Assembly: GCF_009914755.1 (NCBI RefSeq) | Contig: NC_060931.1 | Strand: one strand, 5' to 3' | DNA length: 64,000 bases | Source of the DNA: the human T2T-CHM13v2.0 reference genome, Homo sapiens | Shown here: positions 14,901 to 29,734 of the stretch, piece after piece | Numbering within the stretch: the first letter of the stretch is position 1 | Layout: each line of letters opens with the position of its first letter | Notes under the pieces: model-generated | Database searches by the model: none | What the model saw: only the letters and a program-made list of their open reading frames with translations | What the model was told of the DNA's origin: nothing | Made by a program: the position numbers and the translations under genes

Positions 14901-14985
14901 CAGGGTGTCTCCTGCAGTAATGAAATTGTTCTAAGTCTTGATTTCAGTGGGGGATACACCAGGGTACGTATTAGTACACTCAAAA
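11950..14985 (+). mobile_element. Old L1M ORF2-3'UTR remnant, interrupted by an antisense Alu
   Basis: Degenerate RT motifs (ORF 12779-13036: [26 protein letters not shown]...SLFADDII) and an L1M 3' end. Confidence 0.85.
13689..13996 (-). mobile_element. Alu (AluSg-like)
   Basis: Reverse-complement dimer with poly-T; TSD aaaaagc(t/c)tata. Confidence 0.95.
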
Positions 14986-14994
14986 CAAATGCAT

Positions 14995-15327
<333 letters not shown>

Positions 15328-15469
15328 TCAATATAGTATTTTTTAAAGAAATATGTAAAGTACTTGACATGTATTAGGTGCTCACAAAATGGTATGTGTA
15401 AGCAGTACAATTATAAAATGAAAGAAATGGCAGCTTAAGCCCACAATTTAGAGATGGGGGGGTGCCAAT

Positions 15470-15670
15470 TGTAGCATAGAGGCAAAGAGCATAAGCCCTG
15501 CAGACCCCCTGTCTGAGTCCCAGGGCTACCACTTAGTAATGGTATGACCTTGGAAAGGTTATTTAGCCTCTCTGGGCCTCAGTATCCTGGTCTGAAAAAG
15601 AAGTCTGCCGTAGTATATACTTCATAGAGTTGCATAAGATAGTCCCAGCTCAACAGATGCTTATTATTTG
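15470..15670 (+). mobile_element. MIR
   Basis: MIR core tatgaccttggaaaggttatttagcctctctgggcctcagt. Confidence 0.7.
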
Positions 15671-15721
15671 GTTATGATATTACTGGGAATATTTATCACA
15701 ATCCAAAGTCAAAACTATTGA

Positions 15722-15924
15722 GGCCAAGCACAGTGGCACATGCCTGTAATCCCAGTGCTTTGGGAGGCCAAGGTAGGAGGATCACTTGAGGCCAGCAGTT
15801 CAAGGCTGCAATGAGCTATGATCACACCACTGCACTCATTCCAGCCTGGGCAACAGAGCGAGCCCTGTCTCTAAAAAAGAAAGAGAGAGAGAGAGCGAGA
15901 GTAAGAGAGAGAGAGCACAACAGT

Positions 15925-15962
<38 letters not shown>
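15722..15962 (+). mobile_element. Alu monomer (FAM/AluJ-type) with (GA)n tail
   Basis: Single ~150-bp arm with aggctgcaatgagctatgatc; GA-rich tail 15880-15962. Confidence 0.85.
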
Positions 15963-16482
15963 AGAGCTGAAGGTATCTGCCATGAAGAGAGGAGCATGGA
16001 GCTGGGGAGGACTAGCAAGGGATGCTGCATTTTCTCATAAAGCCTTATATATGGTTTTATTTTTAACCAGATGTTGATAATACCTTATTTTTTCAAATTT
16101 AAAAAGATAGGATAGAAAAAATACAAATATATCAACAAATAAAAATCATGACAAATACATGAAAAAACAGTTTACAAAAGAAGTATGCATAAGAAACAAG
16201 AAATTCTTACAAAAGAATTTCTATGCATATGAAACAAGGTCCAACATTACTAATAAAGAAGATAAAACAGGGTATCGTTTTTTGTTATACTGGACTGGCA
16301 AAGATCTAAAATAATGGGAAAGAACTTGAAGATATAGGCATTTTTATGTTGTTGGAAGGAGTGAAAATTGTTACGAGCTTTTTTGGAGAAAAATTTAACA
16401 ATATATGTCAAATTTTAAAAATCTGTATAATCTTTTAACCGTGACTACACTTCTCAGAATTAACCCTTAGATTAGACAAGTT

Positions 16483-16791
<309 letters not shown>

Positions 16792-16886
16792 CTAGACAAG
16801 TATGAACATTTAAGAATAGCCATTACAAAATTGTTTATATTTGTAAAAATAAAAGCTGGCAACAAACTGAATGTTAAACAATATAA

Positions 16887-17190
<304 letters not shown>

Positions 17191-17661
17191 AAACAATATA
17201 ATATTAAAATTATATAGTTAAATTAGAATACATCTATGACATTCACACAATGGAATGACTGATAGTCAATAATGATGGTATAAATCTATATTTATTGAAT
17301 TAGAAATATGTTCAAACTATGATATGTAAAAGCCAGGTTATAAAATAGCATACCTGCTATAAACAAATTTAATTTTCTTTGAAAGTGCATTTGTATGTTT
17401 TTGTGGCAAAAGAAAAAAATCTGAAGGGATTTTTACCAAAATGATAATAATGATTATTAATGGACAGTAAGATCTGAGTGATTTTTACTTTTCACTTTAA
17501 AGCTGTCTCTGTCACATAAACTTTTTATAATGATCATACGTTAATTTTTAATCTGCATTTGTAGTTCTAGATGTCAGGATGTGCTGGAGAAGGCTCAAGT
17601 TCTTGCCTCTCCAACATCAACTCCTTACAAAAGTTCGTGTTGTAAAACATTTTACATTTAA

Positions 17662-17949
<288 letters not shown>

Positions 17950-19412
17950 GGTTCCTATTATTCTTTTGTGCCCACAATGATGAACACACCTGGTGATTCA
18001 GACCTCAGGAACCCTGGCCTCATCCCATGCTCTGATCTCATCCACACTGGCCTGTTGCCTGGTTAATGAGCTGTGATATCATAGCTTGTGAGGATGCATA
18101 CTTGAGCAGGGATGAGACGCTAGGCAATGTTAGAGTCAACGCAAAGAAAAGAAATAAATACATTCCAAGGAGTACAGAAGGAAAAAAAATCTTAGGTATA
18201 ATGGTTTTTTTCATAAAAGCATTCTAATTTCCTGAGTACATATTATAGTAATGTTTTAGTTTAAATGTTTTTTGATACAGAATTTCACTCCATTGCCCAG
18301 GCTGGAGTGCAGTGGTGCAATTGAAGTTCTGCTTATGATCATCTAATCTTAGAAAATAAAGTTAAGAAGTTGCTAGCCGATATATTAGAATATTTCCCAC
18401 AAAAGGTGATCTTTGTCCCTTGAAAAGCAGAACCAAAAGTGGTTCCATGTATGTTTCAGAGTCATATAAACGTGGACCGCTGTGGAGGCAGCAGGACTCG
18501 CTCAGAGGAATGCTTGGAACATTATCATTTTTAATTCTAAATCCTCAAATGAGATAAAGTAGCCATCAAAATAGATTCCCGGCCTCTGATGGGATCTTGG
18601 GGAGCTAAGCCCCAGCTTCTGGTGTGAGCAGCCTAGGCCAGGTGACCAGGTCATGAGTAGGCCCATTTCTAACAGAGGGGTGGGGGGGGGTCTGCGTGGC
18701 TCAGGGGTGCATCCGGGAAGAAGACAGGGACCTGCTCAGGCGCGGCGACCACTCCAATGCACAAGCTGCTTGCTTTTGGCCAACTGGACTCCAGTAAGCT
18801 TCTTCACTGAGAGCTACAACAACCTGAAAATGATGACTCAGCCACAGGCATGACCAGGGCCACAGCTCGCATCTGTCCGTGCCAGGGAGGCTGTCCTTCA
18901 GAGCAATGGGCAACTGGAGCCTCTCCTGTCCTTGATCGCCTGGGCTGCCATAGCCAGGTGATGGCCTTCTTATCCAGGCATGGTGACTCGTGTCACCAGA
19001 GGGAGGGAGAATGCTTCCCATGCTAACCATGTTTGACTGTCCCTTTGTAGAACATTCTGATGTGTGTAAAGGATGAATTTGGGAATCTCCAAGCTTGGTT
19101 GACTTTGTAAAAGGAAAAGGTAAGAGATAAATGTGGACTCTGCCAATCCAGCACTGTCTAGGAGAGAGGACACTTTGAGACCCCCACACCTCTCGAGAAA
19201 GGCAACCCAAAGGGGAGCTGGGCACTGGGGTTCCAGGCAGTGGGGTCCCAGTGTCCTCATCCCAGGAGTGAGACCACCCCCACTGGATGCCAATAAAGCC
19301 ACTGAGGACAGCATTCACCTCCTTCTCTCTTGGGATTCCTGTTCACCGAACAGAGCACTCACTCCACACTCTCCCCTGGTATTCTGAGCCCTTCCACTGT
19401 TGCTTCGCCTTA

Positions 19413-19842
<430 letters not shown>

Positions 19843-20901
19843 TTAGACCCAGAGCGCCAGGAAATCATGATGGCATCCCTAAAGACCTGTTGGGAGACAG
19901 TGAGCAGAACTTCCCTTGGCCGCCCCTAGAGGCTGCCACGAGTCTGGGAACATTGTGACTTTCTCTCCCAGGATAACCCACACTCCTGCAAGCGGCATTG
20001 AGGTCTTCGTCACCTGGCTCAGCCCAGCTCCTGGCCTCAGACCGCAGCTTTCTTATGCTGCACTTCCCAGCAACTCACAACTACTTGTACCCCACACACC
20101 TGCCCATGAGTGTGCATCCGCCCATCGCACGCACACAGCCTTATTCACAAGTGGGTCCTTAGCCTGCGGCTTCCTAAAACACCTACCCCCGATCTCCACG
20201 CCACAGGCTCCCTCGGCTTTCAGGTTTTGGCAAGATCACTTCCTCTTTATTGTGGCCAATCCCACTGCCCCAGCCACCTGAGCCCTCCCTGTCTCCATCT
20301 CCTCCGTCGTCATCATTTTATTACAATATTTAATGTATCTGTCTCCTCCCAGATAGTGAGCTTCCAGAGATGAGCAATTCTATAACTTTTAGATGCCTGG
20401 GATTTGCAACCTACTAAGTACAGGTATTGTAGGTGTTTCTCAAATGTGAAGTGAATAGCTAGAGCAAGATGTATTATCTATGTGTCAGAGGAAAATGCAA
20501 ATGCAGTGAGTCTCCTGAGTGTTTCCTCACAGCACCAGGAGTGAAATGTTGGAGGAGGCGGAATGAGGCCTGAAGGAGCTTCCACCCGACCAACACCGGA
20601 GCCATGGGGAGGAGGGGGCTCCGCGCTCTCCCTCTCCTCTTCCCCCCTCTCCCTCTCCTCTTCCCCCCTGTCCTGACTGCTGGAGCCTCTCAGGAAGCAG
20701 TGTGTGAGAAAGGCGTGAAAATGAGAGTGAGGGGGATGAACTCCAGGCATCTGCGGGATCTGCCATGAAGAAGGAAACAGAAGGCAGGAAGTCACTGTGT
20801 GACTGCTGGAAGGAAAGAAAATTCCAGGGGCCAGCCATCCATCCAGGGCAAGTGTGCCTGGGTATCTGTTCATTTGCAAAAGTGCCTAAGTCTTCAATTA
20901 C

Positions 20902-20937
20902 CTGTAAAATCAGACACACTTTCTCCCAACAATTTTT
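20902..20937 (-). other. Candidate 36-nt symmetric micro-exon
   Basis: Acceptor tttaatatctttctttacccaatttag|, donor CAG|GTAATT; phase-1 reading (E)KLLGESVSDFT. Confidence 0.25.
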
Positions 20938-21793
20938 CTAAATTGGGTAAAGAAAGATATTAAATCCAATTTATAATATAATAAATTTTCCAAATTTGAA
21001 AAACTACTTTATATTCTCTAGGGAAGAGTCAGGCTGGAGGAATCTTGCCTTAACTCGCAGCTCCTACAGATTGCTTTTGACCATGAATATCTCATTTTAT
21101 AGTCCCATTTTTCTAAGTGATATCCTGAACTAAGGAATAATTTAGATAATAAATCCATTTCAATTACTGTCCATTAGAAGACAGGAAAACATTAAGCCCA
21201 ACCAAAGCTCGTGGGAATTATGGTTGCCCTTGCAGGTGAAAATGAATTTAGTGCAGCCATAGGTGATGCTGCCCTCCTTTAGCCCACGTTCTTTCTTATG
21301 GAAAGAGCACTCCACATTCAAATGACATGTTTCTCTGTCGTGCTTGTGAATGAAGAAACCATCATCTTTGAATTTTCGTAACACAAACTCGGACCCCATG
21401 ACACAAAGTCAAAACAGTGTGGGTCACAGAACTGTCTGATTCCCCGTCCCTTCCCACTCTCCTCTCCTCTCTCCTTTCTTTCTCTGACCTCCTTTGCTTG
21501 GCCATTCTGCAGCTCAGGAGACCTTCCCGCATTTCCAGACAGAAGCAGACAACAACTTGGCGGGGGCTGGGAGGCCCAATGTCAAATCTCTCAGAGAATC
21601 TGATCGGCTCCGCCTAGGTCAATACCCACCCTGGTCCACTCAGCTGTGCCATGGCCATCAGATCACACAAGTCGAACATCACTGATGGGTCAGGGCTCAG
21701 AGAAAGCAGCTGGTTCAGGGGTTAAGCAAGTGCTCCCGACATTTACTTCATAGTTTTCCCTAAAGCATTATGGGAAAAGTACATTTTGAAATA

Positions 21794-22188
21794 CAGACAG
21801 GTCCCAAATTACAACAGTTGACTTATAATTCTTCACCTTTACAATAGTGTAAAAAGGGAGATGCCTTCAGTGGAAACCACACTTCAAATTTTGATCTTTT
21901 TCCAGGTTAACAATATACCATAGGATACCCTTACACTGCCTAGCAGCATCTGTGGCTCCCAGACAGCCAGCCCCACAGCCATGAGGGTGAGCAGCCTACC
22001 CTCAATAATTTTGCCAACTACGGGCTAACAAGCATGCTCTGAGCATGATTAAGGTAGACGAGGCTAAGCTGTGGTGTTCCGGAGGGTAGGTATATTAAAT
22101 GAAATTTCAACTTCTGATATTTTCAATTTGAAATGGGTTTCAAGTTGAAGTTTCAATGGGTTCCTCATCATAAATTGAGGAACATCTG
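21794..22188 (-). mobile_element. TcMar-Tigger non-autonomous DNA transposon (MER47-like)
   Basis: TA target sites on both sides (ta|caga... ...catctg|ta); taaggtagacgaggctaagct...gtaggtatattaaatg motif. Confidence 0.75.
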
Positions 22189-23147
22189 TAATTATTTATG
22201 CCTACATCAATGAGAAGATGGAGAAGTTTATTTTTCTTGTTTCCTTATGATTATTAGCATACATGCATCTTAACTCTTTTTAAACAGTGAGGAGCATGGG
22301 TAAAGATGGCCCAATTCCATCCTGTGTGAAGCTCTTATCATCACTCATGTTCAATCAGGATAAATAATTAAATAGCAATTATTTTGTTCTTCATCATTCA
22401 CACTCATAATAATCATGGGAAATTCATCACGAATTTAGTAATTCCAAGGGGCTTTCAAGATGATTGATCAGAATGAGGAAGAGGAAATTGGCAAGGCTGA
22501 TGAAAATATACTTGTTTGTCCTAGAAAATTACATCACACACATCCTTTTGTGTGATGGAGAATGGAGATGGACTTCCTCCTTACCATGCCGGCTGCTCCC
22601 TCTTCTCCCTCATTCTCTCAACCCTACCAGGCTCACTTCAAGGGCCATCAATGAGTCCCATAAGCCTCACAGGCAATCCACTGATTAAACTCTTCCTTCA
22701 GAGGATAATGAAGGCAGGAACTATAAGTGGATTTAAGAATTATTGGGATAAAATGGTAATATTAGAGTCATAAATGGCTACAGAGAGAAGGCAGGATATA
22801 TTTAATTCTTAAAGATGGTGATTTTAGGGGTAATCCTCCAACCCAATCCTCCTATAAACAGAATTTAATTAGAAAATACATAGAAAGGGAGAAGATTTCA
22901 GACAGATGAAACAGAAGGAATGAAACTGAGGAGACAGAAATGAGAAGCTGTGCTTAGGGGAAGGAAATAAAACCTGTTTTATGGAAGAAAGGATTTCTCC
23001 TTTGGCTGGATGTTACAGTCATGACACATCAGCTAAACATCACGCTTTCGGGAGGTCTTCCCTGAGTTGCCAATGTAAGTACCTCCTGCCCACTCTGTAA
23101 GACATGCTGTCATAGCACTTACCACTACCTGATTTGGGAAAGGGGGG

Positions 23148-25070
23148 TGTATTAGTCCTTTTTCACATTGCTATAAGAAACTACCTGAGACTGGGTAATT
23201 TATAGAGAAAATAGATTAATTGACTCACAGTTCCACATGGCTGGAGGGGCCTAAGGAAACTTACAATCATGGCAGAAGGCAAAGGGAAAGCAAGGCACGT
23301 TTTACATTGTGGCAGGAGTGAGAGAGAGCAAGGAAGAAAGTGCCACACTCTTAAACCATCAGATCCTGTGAGAATTCACTCACTATCATGAGACCAGAGT
23401 TGGGGGAAACCACCCCCATGATCCAATCACCTCCTACCCGGTCCCTCTCCTGACACATGGGGATTACAATTTGACATGAGATTTGGGTGGGGACACAGAG
23501 CCAAATTATATCATTCTGCCCCATCCTCTCCCAAATCTTATGTCCTTCTCACATTTGAAAACACAATTATGCCTTCCCAACAGTCCCCCAAAGTCTTAAG
23601 TCATTCCAGCATTAACTCAAAAGTCCAAGTCCAAAGTCTCATCCGAGACAAGACAAGTCCCTTCCACCTATGAGCCTGTAAAATCAAAAACAAGTTAGTT
23701 ACTTCAAAGATACAGTGGGAGTGCAGGTATTAGGTAAATGCTCCCATTCCAAAAGGGAGAAATTGGCCAAAACAAAGGGGTTACAGGCCCCATGCAAGTC
23801 CGAAACCCAGCTGGGCTGTTATTAAATCTTAAATCTCCAAAATAATCTCCTTTGACTCCATGTCTCACATCCAGGGTATGCTGATGCAAGGGGTGGGCTC
23901 TCAAGGCCTTGGGCAGCTCCACCCCTGTGGCTCTGCAGAGTACAGCCCTCACAGCTGCTTTCACAGGCTAGTGTTGAGTGCCTGCAGCTTTTCTAGGTAC
24001 ATAGTGCAAGCTGTCAGTGGATCTACTCTTCTGGGGTCTGGAGGATGGTGGTCCTCTTCTCACAACTCCACTAGGCAGTGCCCCAGTATGGACTCTGTGT
24101 GGGGGTACCAATCCCACATTTCCCCTCCACACTGCCCTAGTAGAAGTTCTCCATGAGGGCTCCACCCCTGCAGCAGACTTCTGTCTGAACATCCAGGCAT
24201 TTCCATACATCCCCTGAAATCTAGACAGAGGCTCCCAAACTCTTGCCTTCTGTGCACCTACAGGCCCAACACCATGTGGAAGCTATTAAGGCTTGAAGCT
24301 CACACCTTCTGAAGCCATGGCCTGAGCTGTACCTTGGCCCCTTTTAGCCACAGCTGGAGCTGGAGTGACTGGGACACACAGCACAATGTCCTGAGGCTGC
24401 ACATAACAGCAGGGCCCTGAGCCCAGCCCACAGAACCATTTTTCCCTCCTATGGGAGGGGTTGCCATGTGATGGGAGGGGTTGCCATGAAGGTCTCTGAC
24501 ATTCCCTGGAGACATTTTCCCCATTGTCTTGGTTATTAACATTTGGCTCCTCCACTTACGCAAATTTCTGCAGCCAACTTGAATTTCTCCCCAGAAAATT
24601 GTTTTCTTCTTTTCTACCACATGGTCAGGCTGCAAATTTTCCAAACTTTTATGCTCTGCTTCCCTTTTAAACATAAGTTTCCATTTCTGATCATCTTTTT
24701 GTGAAAGCATATGACTGTACACTTTTAGAAACAGCCAGTATACTTCTTAAATGCTTTGCTGCTTAGAAATGTTTTCCACCAGATACCCTAAGTCATCTCT
24801 CTCAAGTTCAAAGTTCTACAGATCTCTAGGGTAGGGGCAAAATGCCACCAGTCTCTTTGCTAAAGCATAGCAAGAGTGACCTTTACTCCAGTTCCCAGTA
24901 AGTTCCTCATCTCCATCAGATCCTGTGACAACTCACTCACCATCACAAAAACAGCATGGAGGAAATCCTCTCCCATGATCCAGTCATCTCCCACCAGGTC
25001 CCTCCCCTGACACATGGGGATTACAATTCAACGTGAAATTTGGGTGAGGACACAGGGCCAAATCATATCA
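23148..25070 (-). mobile_element. THE1D-like MaLR provirus: LTR 23148-23513, internal region, partial LTR ~24914-25070
   Basis: tgtattagtc...atatca LTR; THE1-int sequence; TSD ggggg / gggag. Confidence 0.9.
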
Positions 25071-26159
25071 GGGAGTCTGTTTTTCACTAGAGTGTGAGCT
25101 GCATGAGAATTTGAATATTGTCATCTGACACATAGTAGGCACTAATGGTGCTCATGGAGGGAAGGAGCAAAGGAAGGAAGTGGGTGGGGGAACTACAGAA
25201 TGCTTGTTATATTATGGGTGATCCTAGCCTTCACACTTGATTGCTTTTGAGTGGCATTTTAATGCATTGTTGATATAACTCAAGACACTGACATTCTCTT
25301 TTAGCTTATTTTCCCAATTAATCATCTGAGCCAATACTTCATTGAGTTGAATTTATTTCTTAATTTTCAGCCTTATAAACAAATCCTGAAATCGCATACC
25401 TCTGTCCTCTTTCTGTTGTTGCTTCCTCCCCTTGGAATGTCCTAATCGCCATGACCAAAAGTGATCTCTCCCTCTGTGCTCATTATCACCCCTCTCTGTA
25501 CCAATTACTTGGGAGGTCTTATATTGTTATTGAACTCCTGAGTGTAATTTCACTTTTACCTATTTGTGGCTTTCCCCCAGTCGTGCTGTAAGCTTCCAGA
25601 GCCCAAAGACCATGACTTGTATTTGATGTCCTTATGGTCCCAAGAGTACCTGGCATCAAATTTTGCACAAAGTAGGTGCTCAAATATTCTCTATTCACAT
25701 ATTTATGTGAGGAGCTAGTTTATCTCAGGAATCATAGTTTGCCATGTTTCATTACAATACTAATCACAAAAGTCAAAATTTTGATGAGTGAAACTCAACC
25801 AGAATTCCTGAGTTGACATAAATATTTTGATTTGCATCACTTTTATCAGAGTTATGACATTTCATTGAGAACAGAAATCTCAAAGTCTTCACCTTCCACC
25901 TTTCACCTGGCCATCCCAAAGGCAGCCTCTTCTTCCTATTCTACACCTCCAGACCTGAATAAGGAGAATTCATCTGGAAATCACTACTTCAGAGAAGATT
26001 TACCTGTAGATTGTGGGCTCTCAGAAAGTGGGAACTTTTTCATCTTTATTGTTCCCATTTCTGGTACATAGATATTAGCTAATTCAACATCAGTCATTAT
26101 TGAAGGATTCAATTATTTTTATTACATCATCCTAAAGCTTGCAATAAAACTTCAGATCA

Positions 26160-26340
26160 TTAAATAACTACAATTTTTTGAGCATCTCCTCTGTGCTAGG
26201 ACACATTTTTCCTAATTTAGTCCTTCCAAGAACCCTTGGAGGCAGAGATTAGAATGATGAATACAAGAGATTAAGTAATTTTCCCAAGTTCAAAAAGCTG
26301 GTAAATGATGGCTGGTTCTCAAATCCAGATCCTTCCAATT
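26160..26340 (-). mobile_element. MIR
   Basis: ttttgagcatctcctctgtgctagg...agagattaagtaattttcccaag. Confidence 0.6.
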
Positions 26341-26650
26341 TCAGATAAGGGTCAAAATGATTTTTGAGTTTAAAAAGAATAATCCTCCATGGTTAACTCT
26401 CAATGAATCAGAACATTCACTGAAACACAATGCCCTTTGTATTCCCTGGGGCATACAAATAAAATAAAAAACACAATACCCCAGTCCCCAAACATGTGAC
26501 CTTAAATAAACCAACAGGCTTAACTGGGCTGAAAACGTAAGCTCATAACTTTCTAAAGTACACATTTTTAAAACTAAATTGTGAATGTACACAATCACTT
26601 GCCTTTCCCACATGAGCTCCGTTTGTTGAGCCTGCTCACCTGTTCCGCAG

Positions 26651-26864
26651 GATAAGAAAGCATGTATTTTTCATCTTCCCCTGATGGATAAAATGACAAC
26701 AGGAAATGAGGTGTTTCAGACCAAGGTGTTCACACACTGGTTGGCAAACACGACTACCTAAAAATTCCTTACCAGAAATGACCCTTCTTGAGCCTATATG
26801 GCTTCATAGAAATTGGCAACAATCACAAACAGGATTTTGACACCACCTTGCACATCTAGCACAG
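26651..26864 (+). ncRNA. Candidate 214-nt non-coding exon
   Basis: Acceptor cctgctcacctgttccgcag| and consensus donor CAG|GTGAGT; stop codons in all three frames; no repeat recognised. Confidence 0.35.
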
Positions 26865-27665
26865 GTGAGTCTGTCTGTTGTTAAATCATATCACTGTAAC
26901 TCCTAAAACACAAGGCCATCAGCAGAGCCAGCGCTGGGCCATCCTGGCCCCACCATACCTTCAGGTTCTGCCAGGAGCTCAGGGCTCCGCCTCTCCCCAG
27001 CAAGCAGCTGTCGTCCCTTCTGTTCTGTTTTAGCCTCCACCCTACGCTATCCCTGCCAAAGGTGTTAACTCATTAACCAACCAACTCTTGCTGTTGGTTC
27101 AGTTGAATTAAATAAAGAGTTATTGAGTGCTGTGATGTGTAGGCTCAGCATTAACTGGCAGGAACTTAAGTTCAGGCCCCACCCAGAAGAGACTTGCCCT
27201 TTAGTGGGAAACTTGAGGAAGACGTTGCTGTGATGGTGTTGAATCTCAGGGCTAGGACCCTGCCTCACCTGCTGTGAGGTCAAATGTCTGTCCCTTCCCA
27301 AGGCAGTGATGAAACAGAAGTGGGGGCACCAGCTATGCCCTCCACTCCACCAGGACTCCTGTCTTAAAGCAAATGCTGTGTAGATGTAGCTTCAAGATCA
27401 TTTCCCCAAGATCTCTCCACCAAACCAGAGGGCTCCCCCAACCCAACCCTTTCTGTACTAGAAATTCTGCAGCCTCCACTGCACCATCCAGGACCATTTG
27501 TAAAAATATTAAAATTTCCACATGCATCTGATAATGTCATAATAGATTTCTAGTTTAGAAAGCATTCAAGCAGAATCAATAGTGAAAGTCAGCATCAAAG
27601 TATCACAAATTGTTCAAAAAATAATAAAGCTGATTCTTTGTGTTAAAAAGCCCACTCACCAGAAG

Positions 27666-27666
<1 letters not shown>

Positions 27667-27703
<37 letters not shown>

Positions 27704-27765
27704 TATACTTTAAGTTCTAGGGTATATGTGCACAACGTGCAGGTTTGTTACATATGTATACATGT
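27667..27765 (-). mobile_element. Extremely 5'-truncated L1PA 3' end with (TA)n-converted tail
   Basis: tatactttaagttctagggtatatgtgcacaacgtgcaggtttgttacatatgtatacatgt is the reverse complement of the L1PA terminus; (TA)17 adjacent. Confidence 0.85.
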
Positions 27766-28989
27766 AATTTACGTAATCAAGAACAACAAACTTTATTTTA
27801 AAACAGAAGTAAAAATTATTTTTTAATCCTTAAGTATAAAACACACTTGTTGGCTATATTTTATTGGCACATCTTAAAATAAATTTAAAAGTGCTCATTG
27901 TTGATAGACACAAAAAGTATCTGTGCCAGAAAAGTCATAATTAGACTAATAGCTGTGACATCAAAAATCTTGTAATTGAAGTAGAAACTCTGAATGAGCT
28001 CTGTTGTGGCAAAACCTACAGTCTCTTCTCTGGAATTAATACTCCAGAGACCAATAAAAGATTAATCAAGACAAAGAATCAATAACTTCTCAAGTGCTAA
28101 TAAGCACTGCCTTGTTCTGTGATATGTTGAGCAGTTTATCATGTTTAGTCGTATGAAGATTTATAGAAAATCCATAGTTAAAACTGGAGGATGAGGTAAT
28201 GCAACACTTAGTAAATGAAGCCAATTAAAATTTATGCTTGATATCATGCATTCCAAGGACCTGAAAAAAATCACTTTTGATTCCTCCTCCCCTTCTCTTA
28301 AGGATAAGAAAAAAGAGTTAGTCATGTCACTTAACCGTGTTACTAGGGAATAACTAAGAAAGGTATCATGCTATTCTAATGACTAGCTCCCTGTTCTGGA
28401 GTGGAGGGCAGGAACATGCATGGAAAATTCGTCATTTTTTTTTCTGCGCTCTTGCTCATGCAAGAATCAACTTTTCCTGGAATTCTTTGTGAAAGTTATA
28501 TAAAATACCTTTTAGGATCATTTAGGTCTCTACTTTCAATCAAGCTGATGGATCTACAGGTCGTGTGAGTGGATGAGTTAATGGGTAATTAATAGCTCAT
28601 CAATTGCAGGTCTTGACCATTAGGTTATGTCATGAGCTTTACACTATGGCATGTGATTAATTAAAAGCATCAGATTATATGTTTAGTAAATTAATCTTTG
28701 AAGCACTATTATGATCATGAGAATATGCCTAATCAAATAGATGGGCCACAGTAAATGTTTTCATAAATTTGGAAACATAAACTACTGTGAGCAATTAGAA
28801 ACAAGTAGATCCTGGTGGGGAGTTTCCTCCAGTGTCAACAATTAGAAAGATGAGAGAGCTACATTAGATAAATTGAAATCACTAGTTGAACCAAGGTTTA
28901 AATAAAATATATGAAAACTGTGAAAAAGATCACATTTTCTCAGTAAAAAATAAAGTTCACCACCACAAAGTGGTAAATAATACTTTTTA

Positions 28990-29401
<412 letters not shown>

Positions 29402-29734
29402 TTAATCAGAAAGGTCTGGTGAATAATGAGCTAAGTAAGCTTTATTTAACAATGGATACTGACAGGAGTGATCGGAACACATACCTAGGCAGGCTCCCCG
29501 ACACGGGCACTACCTCGACACACTGGTTGAAATTTGCTTGAAACGCTTCTTTTGAAGTGTCCTTGGGAAGTTCATTTGAGGGTTTCAGGGATGTCAAATC
29601 TCTTCCCATTTACAGTTTAGTTAATGTGGAAGTGGCCAGAAATCACACATAGGCCAGTGGAGCAAATATGGAGGCTTGAGAACCAAGGGTACGTTTCACA
29701 CATCAGTAGTCCCCAGAGGACAGGCTGGGTGTGT

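Noticed and set aside
17977-18035. ATGATGA...CTGA as a C/D box snoRNA (similar pair at 5914-5995)
   Set aside because: No terminal stem and no recognisable rRNA/snRNA antisense element
18701-19318. Long unique ORFs (205 aa here; 211 aa at 32685-33320; 173 aa at 8844-9365; 179 aa at 38003-38542)
   Set aside because: No recognisable domain, several use non-ATG starts or overlap L2/MIR, and the lengths are compatible with chance in GC-richer DNA
26684-26761. FQTKVFTHW as a calponin-homology-domain (QKKTFTxW) exon or pseudogene
   Set aside because: A stop follows within 7 codons and the similarity does not extend
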